Origin: Chiloscyllium plagiosum
Taxonomy: Eukaryota
Direction: 5' to 3'
DNA length: 64,000 nucleotides
NCBI RefSeq assembly: GCF_004010195.1
Contig: NC_057718.1
Coordinates: 79,427,721-79,491,720, forward strand
Part shown: one piece after another, positions 26,810 to 37,360 of the stretch
How the letters are laid out: each line of letters begins with the position of its first letter
How positions within the stretch are numbered: position 1 is the first letter of the stretch
Made by a program: the position numbers and the translations under genes
Notes under the pieces: generated by a model
What the model was told of the DNA's origin: nothing
What the model saw: the letters and a program-made list of their open reading frames with translations, nothing else
Databases searched by the model: none

Positions 26810-27200
26810 TGAGGAGGGTTGAGATTGAAAATTGGCTTGGAATGTTGATTTGAAAGTTAAATTGGAAGATTGATTTTGGGAGATGGATTGGGAATGGTAC
26901 CAGGAGTGGGTTTCAGAATGCAATCAAGTTTATAATCAGGAATGGGTTCAAGAGTTGAATTGTGAATGGGCTTGGGAATGTGAGTCAGTTTGGGAGTTCG
27001 ATCAGGAATGGAATTGGCAGTGGGTTTTGGAATTGGATCAGGTGTGGGTTTGGGAGTGGGATCAAGAGTTAGTTTGTTGAGTAGGATCAGGAGTGGGTAT
27101 GGGAGTGAGATTACAAGTAGGTTAGGAAGTATTGATATTTGAAATAGATTTATTGGGAGTGTAAGTTAGAGAATTGAGATTGGAAATGGGTTTGTGGGGA
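26810..27200. repeat. Degenerate G/T-rich tandem repeat (about 6/12-bp period, tgggag/tgggat)
   Basis: Repeating gggattgggaatgg-type units; explains the W/E-rich ORF at 26883-27080. Confidence 0.75.
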
Positions 27201-27277
27201 TTAATACTGGAGTGAGTTTTGGTGTGGAGATATTGAATCAGTATTAAGGCGCGACTTAGATCTCATCAGGTTATTGG

Positions 27278-30200
27278 TGAAATGGGAGTTAGCACGGGGC
27301 AGGGTGACACTAGGCACACAGATACAGAAGATGGCCACTGAGCCATAAGTTGGCCACTTGATACACAAGATGGCTGCTAGACCACAATATGGAGAGTCAG
27401 CAGAGCAAACTTGACTCATATTGGCCCCCTGGCTTGGGCTGTTAGGGTTAGCGAGCCCACAGTAATGGCAGGGAATGTCATCCTCCACACTAAACACACC
27501 CTAGTTAAGATGCTAAACACGTGGAAACTAAGGGCCATCTCCAATATGAGAAGGGCAAAGTGGGAGGCAGTCCTTTTACACCCAAGTCAGTCCGTGGTAA
27601 TAGTTAAGGATACAGAAGAAAACCCAGCTGAGGGAATTCTAGACGCAAGGGAACCAGACAACCGTGGGGATATTGATGGGGATGAGGATAGGGGGAGGGG
27701 AAAGGATATCCCCCTAGACACAGCTGAAGAGACCCTCTTCATGGATGGGTCACGAAAATGCATAGCAGGGTCACCCCGAACCGGATGGGCTGTGGTAAAT
27801 GATAAGTTAGAAACAGTTATATCCAGAAGGATTGATAGAAGTCAGTCCGCACAGATAGTAGAACTGGTAGCATTCAAAGCACTAGAAATAGCAAAAGGAA
27901 AAATCGTGAATATATATACAGATAGTCAATAAACCTTCGGTGTAGTCCATGACTATATGGTGGCATGGGTTCACCAGTGTGGGGGGGGGATCCCTTATCA
28001 GACACCAATTAAGAATTCAGACACTATTGCGTGCCAGTGAACAGCCAAAAGAGGCTGCAGTAATAAAAATAAAAGCCCATCAAAAGGAGCCAGCAAAAGA
28101 GAGTCCAAATTGGCTAAAATTCAAAGGAAACCAGGCAGCAGACCGAGCAGCTCAGAAAGCCCTAGAACAAAAAGCCATTGACGAGGCTGCAATAGCAACT
28201 ATTGAATTAGCAAAAGACGTTAACCAAATTCAGCAGCCACAAGAGGACACTCGGCAGGAAGAGAGAGAGCAATGGAAACAAGGTGGTAACATCAGCATGT
28301 ACACAGAACACATTGCTTCAACTACACCATGGGCTTTCCCATATAAGTAGAGAGGCCATGATAGCAAGTTTAGGGAAAGAGTGGTGTTGGAAGGGAAAGG
28401 GAAGAGATGTTGCCAAGAACTACCACAGATACATGGTTTGTGTACAACATAACCCAGGGAAACCCATAAAGGTTAAGATGGGACACCAGCCCAGACCTAG
28501 GGGACCCTGGGAACACCTTCAGATAGATTTTACAGGGCCACTACCACCTTCCCGTGGGAAACTGCCTGGTCATCGTAGACCAATTCACCCGGTGGATAGA
28601 AGCATTCCCGACCAAAAGCTGCAGTGTGACCACTGTAGCCAGAATATTAGCAGAGGAGGTAATCCCGAGGTGGGGATATCCCTCCTGATTGACTCTGACC
28701 AAGGGACACATTTTACAGGCAAGGCCATGAAGACTGTCTGCTAATTACTTGGCATTAGACAAAAAAATTCACACTCCCTATCACCTCCAGGGATGGTAGA
28801 GAGAATGAATAGAACACTCAAAACTACTTTAGTTAAGGCAGAACATGGGCTGAAGTGCTGTCAGTCATACTAATGAAATTAAAAGCCACCACGAATCAGG
28901 TAACTGGGCTAACACAATATGAATTAATGACCGGGCAAGCAATGCAATTGCCAGTGGCAATAATCACAGGTGGCACCGATGTGGGTAAAATTCAGCGGTT
29001 TGTGATAGAATTACACACCCAATTGAAAGGGATGCGGAAATCTGTAATTAAAAACAAGACAAAAGGACAGGGCAGGGGAACTCAAAATCTTCACTGGGGT
29101 CCCAGCAGCAGGAAGCTGTGTCTGAACTGTCTGTTACCCACTGGTAACCCACTCCATGATACCCCTTGGGAGGAGGAGCACCTAGAGATGACCGACCTTT
29201 ACATTAGCACAGCCAGGGGAGTTTGTACAATTATTGGTGACAATTGTATTACCCATGTTATTGATGCCTCTTATAACATTACAGAAGCCATCAAGAATAT
29301 CCAAGACCAGCTAGATAATTTTCAACAGGGAGCCACTATTACAGACAGCTAGCTAAACTGGTTGATAGGTAAATCTTGGGGACCCTATTTGGCACATGGG
29401 ATAGTTCTCCTCATTGCACTCATGCCGATATGCTGTGTGGGCCTCAGGTGTTTAAAGCTCTGCTGTAAGGTGCTACTAATGAGAACTGTACCAGCAGCAA
29501 GTGTCACCACATGAGATACCCAATGAAATTGGCACTCCATGATACCCCTTGGGAGGAGGAGCTCCTAGAGATGACCGACCTTTACATGTAAATTGGTCTG
29601 CGGGAGATCACTGAAGTCGCCTCCTTGATCACAAAGGGGGAAGTGAAGTGGGAGATGGATTGGGGCAGTGTGACACAAGATAGCTGCTGAGCCATAAGTT
29701 GGTCACTTGACACACAAGATGGTCGCCGGACCACAATATGGAGAGAGATAGCAGAGCAAACACATACTACCTGCCAGCACAATGCACTCACAACACAGTT
29801 GATTAGTTTAAGGTGGGTGGGGGAGAGAATACACGAATAACGTACACTGCCCGCCGAAGTCTGGGTGCAGCCAACACCTTTGATAGAAATGCTAACAGTT
29901 TGACACGACCTCAATACAAAGTGCTAATAGCCAGGGCTGGAGTAATTGCCCTTCTCAGGAAGAGCGATTAGCGCCCATTACTACAGCAACAGACTTCTGC
30001 GCAGACATTGAAACTGACAATGACTGCGTGGAAATTAACAAAGGCTGCACTGGAACTGACAATGACTGCACCAAAACTATCAACAGTTCTGCAATGTTTA
30101 CAAAAAACAAAATATGTTACAGAGACAATAACCTCATCACTGACCTATTATGACACAAAATGTATAAAAGTATCATGACATGTGTTCCAGTTTGAGAGAA

Positions 30201-30304
30201 GGATCGCAGCTGACCACTGTGCTGTTGGTGTCTTTCTCTCCCTGGAGCTCAGGAATTTCCTTGTATAATAAACTCTGACTCCGAGGCTGGTGATTTTCCC
30301 AACA
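27278..30304 (+). mobile_element. Internally deleted endogenous retrovirus (partial 5' LTR, RNase H, integrase, env TM remnant, PPT, complete 3' LTR)
   Basis: TG at 27278, CA at 30304, flanked by ttgg/ttgg. 27278-27410 aligns with 29644-29761. RNase H (FMDGS, SAQIVEL, NIYTDS, KIKAH, GNQAAD). Integrase (HHGLSH..C, LQIDFTGPLP, DSDQGTHF, GMVERMNRTLK). Env TM (GVCTIIGDNCITHV, then hydrophobic anchor). PPT aaagggggaag at 29633-29643. Confidence 0.93.
29644..30304 (+). promoter_or_regulatory. Retroviral 3' LTR (661 bp)
   Basis: Immediately follows the PPT; TG...CA ends; TATAAAA near 30163; AATAAA near 30267. Confidence 0.88.
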
Positions 30305-30449
30305 TTGGTTTGTATTTTCTGCTATGTTTTACGATAGGAAAGAATATCTTTTGAATGTTTCTTCAGTCAAGTTGATCAAGATAAATTCAGTGATTTAAAA
30401 AAAAATGCAAACAACACTTTTTCAGGTAACAACTATGTTAGACAATGGG

Positions 30450-30780
30450 GATGTTGTGGTGAGGTGGCATTATCACTGGACTAGCAACCCAGAGTCCCAA
30501 GTTAATATTTTGGAGAAATCGGTTTAATCCCTGTGTATGGCAAATAATAAAATTTGAATCCAATAAAATGGGAAAGCTAGCCTAATAACAACCACGTAAC
30601 TATTGTCAACTTATTGTAAAAACTCATCTGGTTCACTGATGTCCTTTTGAGAGGGAAATCTACAATCCTTGAACCAGCCTAAGTGTGATTCCTGACCTCC
30701 ATCAATGTGGTTGATCTTCTGAAATGGCCTAGACAGCTAATTAGTTGAAGAAACATTGCCATGTCCCATGCAAGAAAGAA
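30450..30780 (+). mobile_element. Old tRNA-derived SINE, second family (other copies about 49505-49855 and 55125-55335)
   Basis: Shared core catctggttcactaatgtccttt.gggaaggaaa across three loci, with a tRNA-like head. Confidence 0.7.
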
Positions 30781-30855
30781 ACATGTAACTGAATAATTTT
30801 TTTGCCCTCACTGCCAATGAATTCATACTTCATAAACCAATGGATATCAACTTGA

Positions 30856-31405
30856 TAGAGTCATCGAGTCATAGAGATGTACAGCATGGAAATAGACCCT
30901 TCAGTCTAACCCGTCCACGCTGACCAGATATCCCAACCCAATCAAGTCCCACCCACTAGCACCTGGCCCACATCCCACCAAACCCTTCCTATTCATATAC
31001 CCATCCAAATGCCCTTAAATGTTGCAATTATACCAGCCTCCACCACTTCCTCTGGCAGCTCATTCCATACACGTACCACCCTCTGTGTGAAAAAGTTGCC
31101 CCTTAGGTCCTTTTTATATCTTTCCCCTCTCACCCTAAACCTATGCCCTCTAGTTCTGGATTCCTCCACCACAGGGAAAAACTTTGTCTATTTATCCTAT
31201 CCATGTCCCTCATAATTTTGTAAACCTCTATAAGGTCACCCCTCAGCCTCAGACGCTCCTGGGAAAACAGCCCTAGCCTGTTCAGCCTCTCCCTATAGTT
31301 CAAACCCTCCAACCCTGGCAACATCCTTGTAAATCTTTTCTGAACCCTTTCAAGTTTCACAACATTTTTCTTATAGGAAGGAGACCAGAATTGCACGCAA
31401 TGTTC
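30856..31405 (-). mobile_element. CR1 3' fragment
   Basis: QFWSP..LERVQKRFTRMLPGL..RLRGDLIEVYKIM and (agtcatag) tail. Confidence 0.9.
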
Positions 31406-33029
31406 AGGTCAGCATTAAAGTATATAGGAAGAATCATACATAGGAAGAATCATACAATCATACAAAGAATCATACAAAGAATATAACAACCTTCTTTGGA
31501 TAAATATATTCAGCTTCAGGTCAAAGAAATGACTGAAATGTTCTACAAGTCAATATGTTTGCAGAGAGCGGCCATTTCATTCTTTTTTTTTGGCACAAGC
31601 TTCTCCAGTATGAGGCAAGTTAGTTCCAAAATTAACCTTAAATTCTTTGATCAAACGCAGACACAGATACATTTTCCAAAAAGGTTTGGTCTCCAAGGAA
31701 GGAGATAGAGATTGATTGGTGAGACTGATGCCACGGACTTGCTCCATGAGATGAAGCATGGCCTTTGGGGAAGCACTTAAGTTGCTGAACTGACAAATTA
31801 ATATTCATGGGCAAGTGGATGGACATGCAGCAGTGTAGATGTGCCCCCGAGCATGAAGAGAATTTAAAAATCTGTGCACAGCATTTAAACTGTTCCTCTC
31901 TCGCTCGCAGCACACACACAGGAATCTAGTAGCTGTCATTTTCAGACATTAGATGGCAGTAAGAGCACCAGGTATCTTGAATGTCCAGAAAATGTACTTA
32001 GAATTGCTTAAGGTTTTTCTGCATCATTTCATTCCTATTTGAAGATATATACTCATTTAGTACTAAAAGTACTTCACATTTCATGAAAGACATATTTATG
32101 ATATGATCACAATCCCATTTCAAAATTGTAAGTCTGCCCTATAACAGTTGCTTTAAAAAAATTGGTTTATTTTCAAGGGATTTAAGCCACCTATTTTTGA
32201 ATACATCTGGCCCTCCAGCTCCTGATGGTACCAAATTGTACCCTTCTAGGTGATGGAATTTGTTATTTCACTGAGTAAAGCAGCTTTCAAACACAATCGA
32301 TCCCATCGATGTCAAAGAAGGGCGAACTTATAGCCTGAGGGGTTCTGTCACAGTTTTGATCTTTTATCCTCATTGTCCATGTCGGCACAGATTATACCCC
32401 TTACAATTAACAACCTGTATGATGAAGAGTTGTCACTAATGTGACAATAAGTTTACACAATCTAACTTGAGGGCTTTCCTGCTAATCTTAGTAGTTCCTT
32501 GCATTCAAGAGGGCCTTTGCCATGCTAAAAGTATGCCATGTGGCAATGTTACATGGGCATACTTTTAGTTGACAAAGCATGTATAATGGAGATAGGAAGT
32601 TTCTGATTTTCAAGTGAATACCAAAATGTCCTTGAGCCTCGAATTGCATTTCACTCAAAGACTGAACTAAGTCTAATTGCTTTGGGATGCCCGAGGTCCT
32701 GGAAGGTACTATAAAAATGCAAGTTCTTCCTTTTTGGGTCTTTCCATGGAAAATGTCACGGGGGATTGATTAATAACATTTGTCTTTGCAACAACTGATT
32801 GAAGAAAAGGTTACTGGATGTACTTCCTTTCCAAAATATCCTATGAAAAGATCAGGAACCCATGCGGCCTCTTTCTCAGGACCCAAAATTTCAAAAACTG
32901 ATTCTTCGAATTCTTTCATTTTACAGTGTGAAATATACTCACATTATATCTGTTTATGCAACTGATCATTACTCAATTAAAAATTTATTAACTTACTAGA
33001 AGAGAAGTGCATGCGGAGAACTATTGTTT

Positions 33030-33360
33030 TAATAATGTAAAGAAAGAAATGTATTTTTATGAGACCTTCCAATAACTTCAGGTGACTGCAAAGTGCTTTA
33101 CGGCAATTAAGTATTTCTGAAATATGGTCATTGTTGTGAAGTAAGAAATGAGGTAGTCATTTTGCTTACAGTGAATTCCCACAAACAGCAATGTGATAGT
33201 GAGGTGTTTATTTTTAATATGTAACATTAATTGAGGAATTAGTATTGGTCAGGATATTGGGATAAATCCACTGATTCTTTTAAAAAACTATGCTACTGAA
33301 TCTTTCCTTCCTATACAGGATAGTGGACACTACTTCAGCTGACACTACTTCAGTTGAACA
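33030..33360 (-). mobile_element. Ancient SINE, Deu-domain (SacSINE1/AmnSINE-like); related copies about 37370-37720 and 45420-45660 continuing at 47340-47515
   Basis: Shared aaagtgctttac.gc.aat.aagta...cccacaaacagcaatgtgata core recalled as Deu-SINE-like. The third copy is split by the CR1 at 45665-47330. Confidence 0.5.
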
Positions 33361-33530
33361 AACATATATTTAAAGTTGGGAATTAATAGGCTGAAGGGGA
33401 TATAATCTCACGCAAATTAGCAAGGTGAGCATGACAGGTTTTATAATGGATATCCGAACTACAGAGGAAAACATGGGGTGAATGGGTCTGTGCCAGCGTG
33501 AAATGGTTCACAGGAAATCAGAAGCTTAGT

Positions 33531-34647
33531 TTCACACATCATCCAGTTTTCTGTTCCAGTTTTCTTCGCCATCTAAAAAACAATGCCCTGAGTTGATCAC
33601 TCGCTTGACATAGTCAAGTCCTGATGTATTCTGGGACCTGTAATAAGGGTCTTGAAACAACTCGCTGTGGCATAGCAATATGTCAGTAAGTACAGTTTCA
33701 AATTTCAGGCAGTAATCTGTGATGCTTTCTGTAAAGCTTGCCAAGAACTTGATGTGCTTTCTCATGCAGTGTTCCATTTTCTAAGTGATCAATAGCACCA
33801 CAAAACATTTCTCTCTTAATCTCCTAAGTGCCACTTTTATCAAAAAGTTTGCAACAATTGTATCTGAACCAGAAGTAAAACTGTTTTGTTACCATTTTTT
33901 AAAATTATGTGTTCATATAATATTTTTGCATACTGTTTTGTCCAAAGCTAAGCATTTATGTTATGGTGCTTTTTTAAGCAAGCTTTTCAACACTTGAGTG
34001 TTACATTAATGTGTGCAGCAGTGCTTCAGCAATAGAATGATTTGGCACTGCCTTCTTTTAGGTCACTACTCCACCGTTAATATTCATGCCTCCAGCTGCC
34101 TGGGCTCTAATCCTTAACATTTCCTCCACAGCTCTACCACTATCCTCCTGGATAATACTGCTTAAAATTTACCACAATGAATAAGCTTCTGATCACTTCC
34201 TAATATCTCCTTATGTGGCTCAATGTTAAATTTTCTCCAATGATGCTACTGTGAGTCACCTTAAACCATTGCTGTCTAAATGCAAGTTGTTGTTATAAAA
34301 CACCACTGCCCAGACTTTTGACACAATGGAGAAGCCCTCTGTCACAGTGAAAATGGCAGAAGCACCCAAAAATTGAAAGGCCCATCCTCAAATGCATCAT
34401 TTCTGATTTTCTTCACACATCATCCAGTTTTCTGTTCCAGTTTTCTTAGCCACCTAAAAAGCAGTGCCCTGAGTTGATCACTCTCTTGACATAGTTAAGT
34501 CCTGATGCTTTCTGAGACCTGCAAAAAGGGTCTTGAATCAAACTGCTGTGGCACAACAATGTCAGTAAGTACGGTCTCAACTTTCAGGCAGTAATCTGTG
34601 ATGCTGTTGTAAAGCTTGTCAAGAACTTGATGTGCTTTCTCATGCAG
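33531..34647. repeat. Dispersed direct duplication of about 235 bp (33531-33769 and 34412-34647)
   Basis: The two segments align end to end with scattered substitutions and small indels. Confidence 0.92.
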
Positions 34648-34912
34648 ATTTGGTGACAGACCAGACTTTGTGGTTTGTGGAGATAGTTGGCCATTTAAAT
34701 GGTCAACTATTTTCCAGTTAAATTCCATTTTGTTTTTTTTTCAGCCTGGAGCCTGGAGTGCTCAGACCAAAGCAGATCTGTTTCAGTCAAATTATTTTGC
34801 ATAGTGAGGTTACCCCTTCAAAGAGGTGAGATACCCCTGTGGATATGGTCTCAGGATACCTTAGAATGGTTCACGTGTTAGCTGGCGACAGGTCAGGGGT
34901 CCTTGTGGTGAG

Positions 34913-35238
34913 GGAGGCAGAGGTGGCTCAGTGGTTAGCACTGCTGCCTCACAGCGCCAGGGACCTGGGTTCGATTCCCGTCTTGGGTGACTGTCTGTGT
35001 GGAGTTTGCACATTCTCCCTGTGTCTGCGTGAGTTTCCTCTGGGTGCTCCAGTTTCCTCCCACAATCCAAGGATGTGCAGGTCAGGTGAACTGGTCATGC
35101 TAGATTGCACAGTGTTAGGTACATTAGTCAGGGATAAATATAGGGGAATGGGTGTGGGTGGGTTACTCTGCAGAGGGTTGGTTTGGACTTGTTGGGACAA
35201 AGGGCCTGTTTCCATACTGTAGGGAATCTAATCTAATC
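34913..35238 (+). mobile_element. HE1-like tRNA-derived SINE, full length
   Basis: A box tggctcagtgg, B box gggttcgattcc, central tgtgtggagtttgcacattctcc domain, CR1-like 3' end and (aatct)n tail. Confidence 0.92.
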
Positions 35239-36984
35239 AGGTCAGGTATTCTTTAACATTGTAAAAAGTAGACAGGAATGACTTAAATATTGCAAAATCC
35301 CAATGGAACTACCAAAGAAGTGTTGAAAAGCTTCAAAGTTGAAAACTGTCAAAATTGTAGAAGCTGTCATTAGAGCTGTTAAAATTGTCAAACAACTTAG
35401 AGTACAAATATTTGTTTTCACAAGAGATTAATTGACCAAATTTAACTGTATTCATTTAAAAAAAAAATCAATGATCTTTTCTTTAGATAGAGACAATAAT
35501 CAATAGATATATATTATGTTCGCATGATTCCTCAGGTTTGCCTATGGTGGGTACTAGGTGAGTTGGAGGAAGGTGCAAGCGGGCATCAGAGCCGCCCCGC
35601 ATTTGCCACGGGACTATGCCTACATCGGTAAAACTATAGGAATTCATTTTGTGTTTTAAACGGCAGCCGCAGCTTAAACCCACAGAACTCAGCAGCTGCC
35701 GGTCTGCCCACGTGACCGGGAGATGGGAGCCAGAGGACAGATCAAATCCACACGAGGCCAGACACTAACCATGACTCATAGACCGAAACTCCGGAGCTAA
35801 TTAATATGGAAACCCATTTCCTAATCAAATCAAGAGACTGACTGAAACACACCCATATTCATCAATACAGAACCAGTCTGACACAAAGGACAGGCATCCA
35901 CCAGACAGGAACGAACAGACCAGCACCCCAAGGGAACAAAGGGGGGTGCTAGCCTCCAGCCCTCACAGAGAGAGACAAGCAGATAGTACCCAGACACATT
36001 TNNNNNNNNNNNNNNNNNNNNNNNNNNNNNNNNNNNNNNNNNNNNNNNNNNNNNNNNNNNNNNNNNNNNNNNNNNNNNNNNNNNNNNNNNNNNNNNNNNN
36101 NNNNNNNNNNNNNNNNNNNNNNNNNNNNNNNNNNNNNNNNNNNNNNNNNNNNNNNNNNNNNNNNNNNNNNNNNNNNNNNNNNNNNNNNNNNNNNNNNNNN
36201 NNNNNNNNNNNNNNNNNNNNNNNNNNNNNNNNNNNNNNNNNNNNNNNNNNNNNNNNNNNNNNNNNNNNNNNNNNNNNNNNNNNNNNNNNNNNNNNNNNNN
36301 NNNNNNNNNNNNNNNNNNNNNNNNNNNNNNNNNNNNNNNNNNNNNNNNNNNNNNNNNNNNNNNNNNNNNNNNNNNNNNNNNNNNNNNNNNNNNNNNNNNN
36401 NNNNNNNNNNNNNNNNNNNNNNNNNNNNNNNNNNNNNNNNNNNNNNNNNNNNNNNNNNNNNNNNNNNNNNNNNNNNNNNNNNNNNNNNNNNNNNNNNNNN
36501 NTAAATACATGGTTGAATGCAGAGTCTTAATATTGGAGAAACCTTCTTTACATCAATTATTGGTCTTTCACTGTTAGGTAACTTTTTTAAGATTGACTAG
36601 AAATCACCTGAATTTATTCTGGGAGATTCTTTTTTGTGATTAGACCAGTTTATGAAAATAAAGCACAGAATGAGGAAAGACCATTCAGTTAAATAAGTCA
36701 TTGTTCCCATAAACTACACCTGCATTTACTCCACTCCATCTCTCAACAGTTCTCCAAAACATTCTTCAAAAGTCTTACTTACTCATACTGGAATATAAGC
36801 AACCTCTACAATATCCAAATAGTCTTAAATGTTACACTCTGGACTCGTTATGGTTATGATGTAATAAAATTGAACTTTTTGATCTTTTGCAACATAGCCC
36901 TGGGACAACTTCTCTTTTCATCATAGTCAATAACTAGGTTAATAAATTATCTGGTTTACAAGTCTGGCATGGTTATATTCATTG

Positions 36985-37360
36985 GGGCTTAGAGGAATGA
37001 GAGGTGACCTTATTGAAACATACAAGATTCCTAGGGAACTTGACAGGGTAGATGCAGAAAGGCTGTTTCCTCTTATGGGAGAGTCAAGGACCAGAGGGAA
37101 TAATTGCAGAATAAGAAGTCACACATTGAAGACAATGATGTGGAAAGACTTCTTCTCTCATAGCTTATGAATCTGTGGAATTCTTGACCGCAGATGGCTG
37201 TCGAGGCTGGGTCATTGATTATATATTCAAGGCACAGGTAAACAGATTTTTAATCAGTAGGAGTTGAAGATTATTAGAGCAAACATGATCTCATTAACCA
37301 GAACAGCAGACTCAGTGGGCTGAATAGCCTACTTCTATTCCTACATCTTTTGGTCTTGAT
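36985..37360 (+). mobile_element. Old CR1 3' fragment
   Basis: RGMRGDLIETYKI..LDRVDAERLFP..SRTRG. Confidence 0.8.

Noticed and set aside
26883..27080. Trp/Glu-rich ORF as a novel protein
   Set aside because: It is the translation of a degenerate G/T-rich tandem repeat.
31423..31490. Short tandem repeat (gaatcatac units)
   Set aside because: Ordinary slippage repeat with no further structure.
34913..34985. tRNA genes at SINE heads (also 48443, 54720, 62122)
   Set aside because: A/B boxes run straight into SINE body and LINE-derived tail; they are not stand-alone tRNAs.
35830..36530. Long ORFs of 194 and 226 aa
   Set aside because: Artefacts of the N gap.
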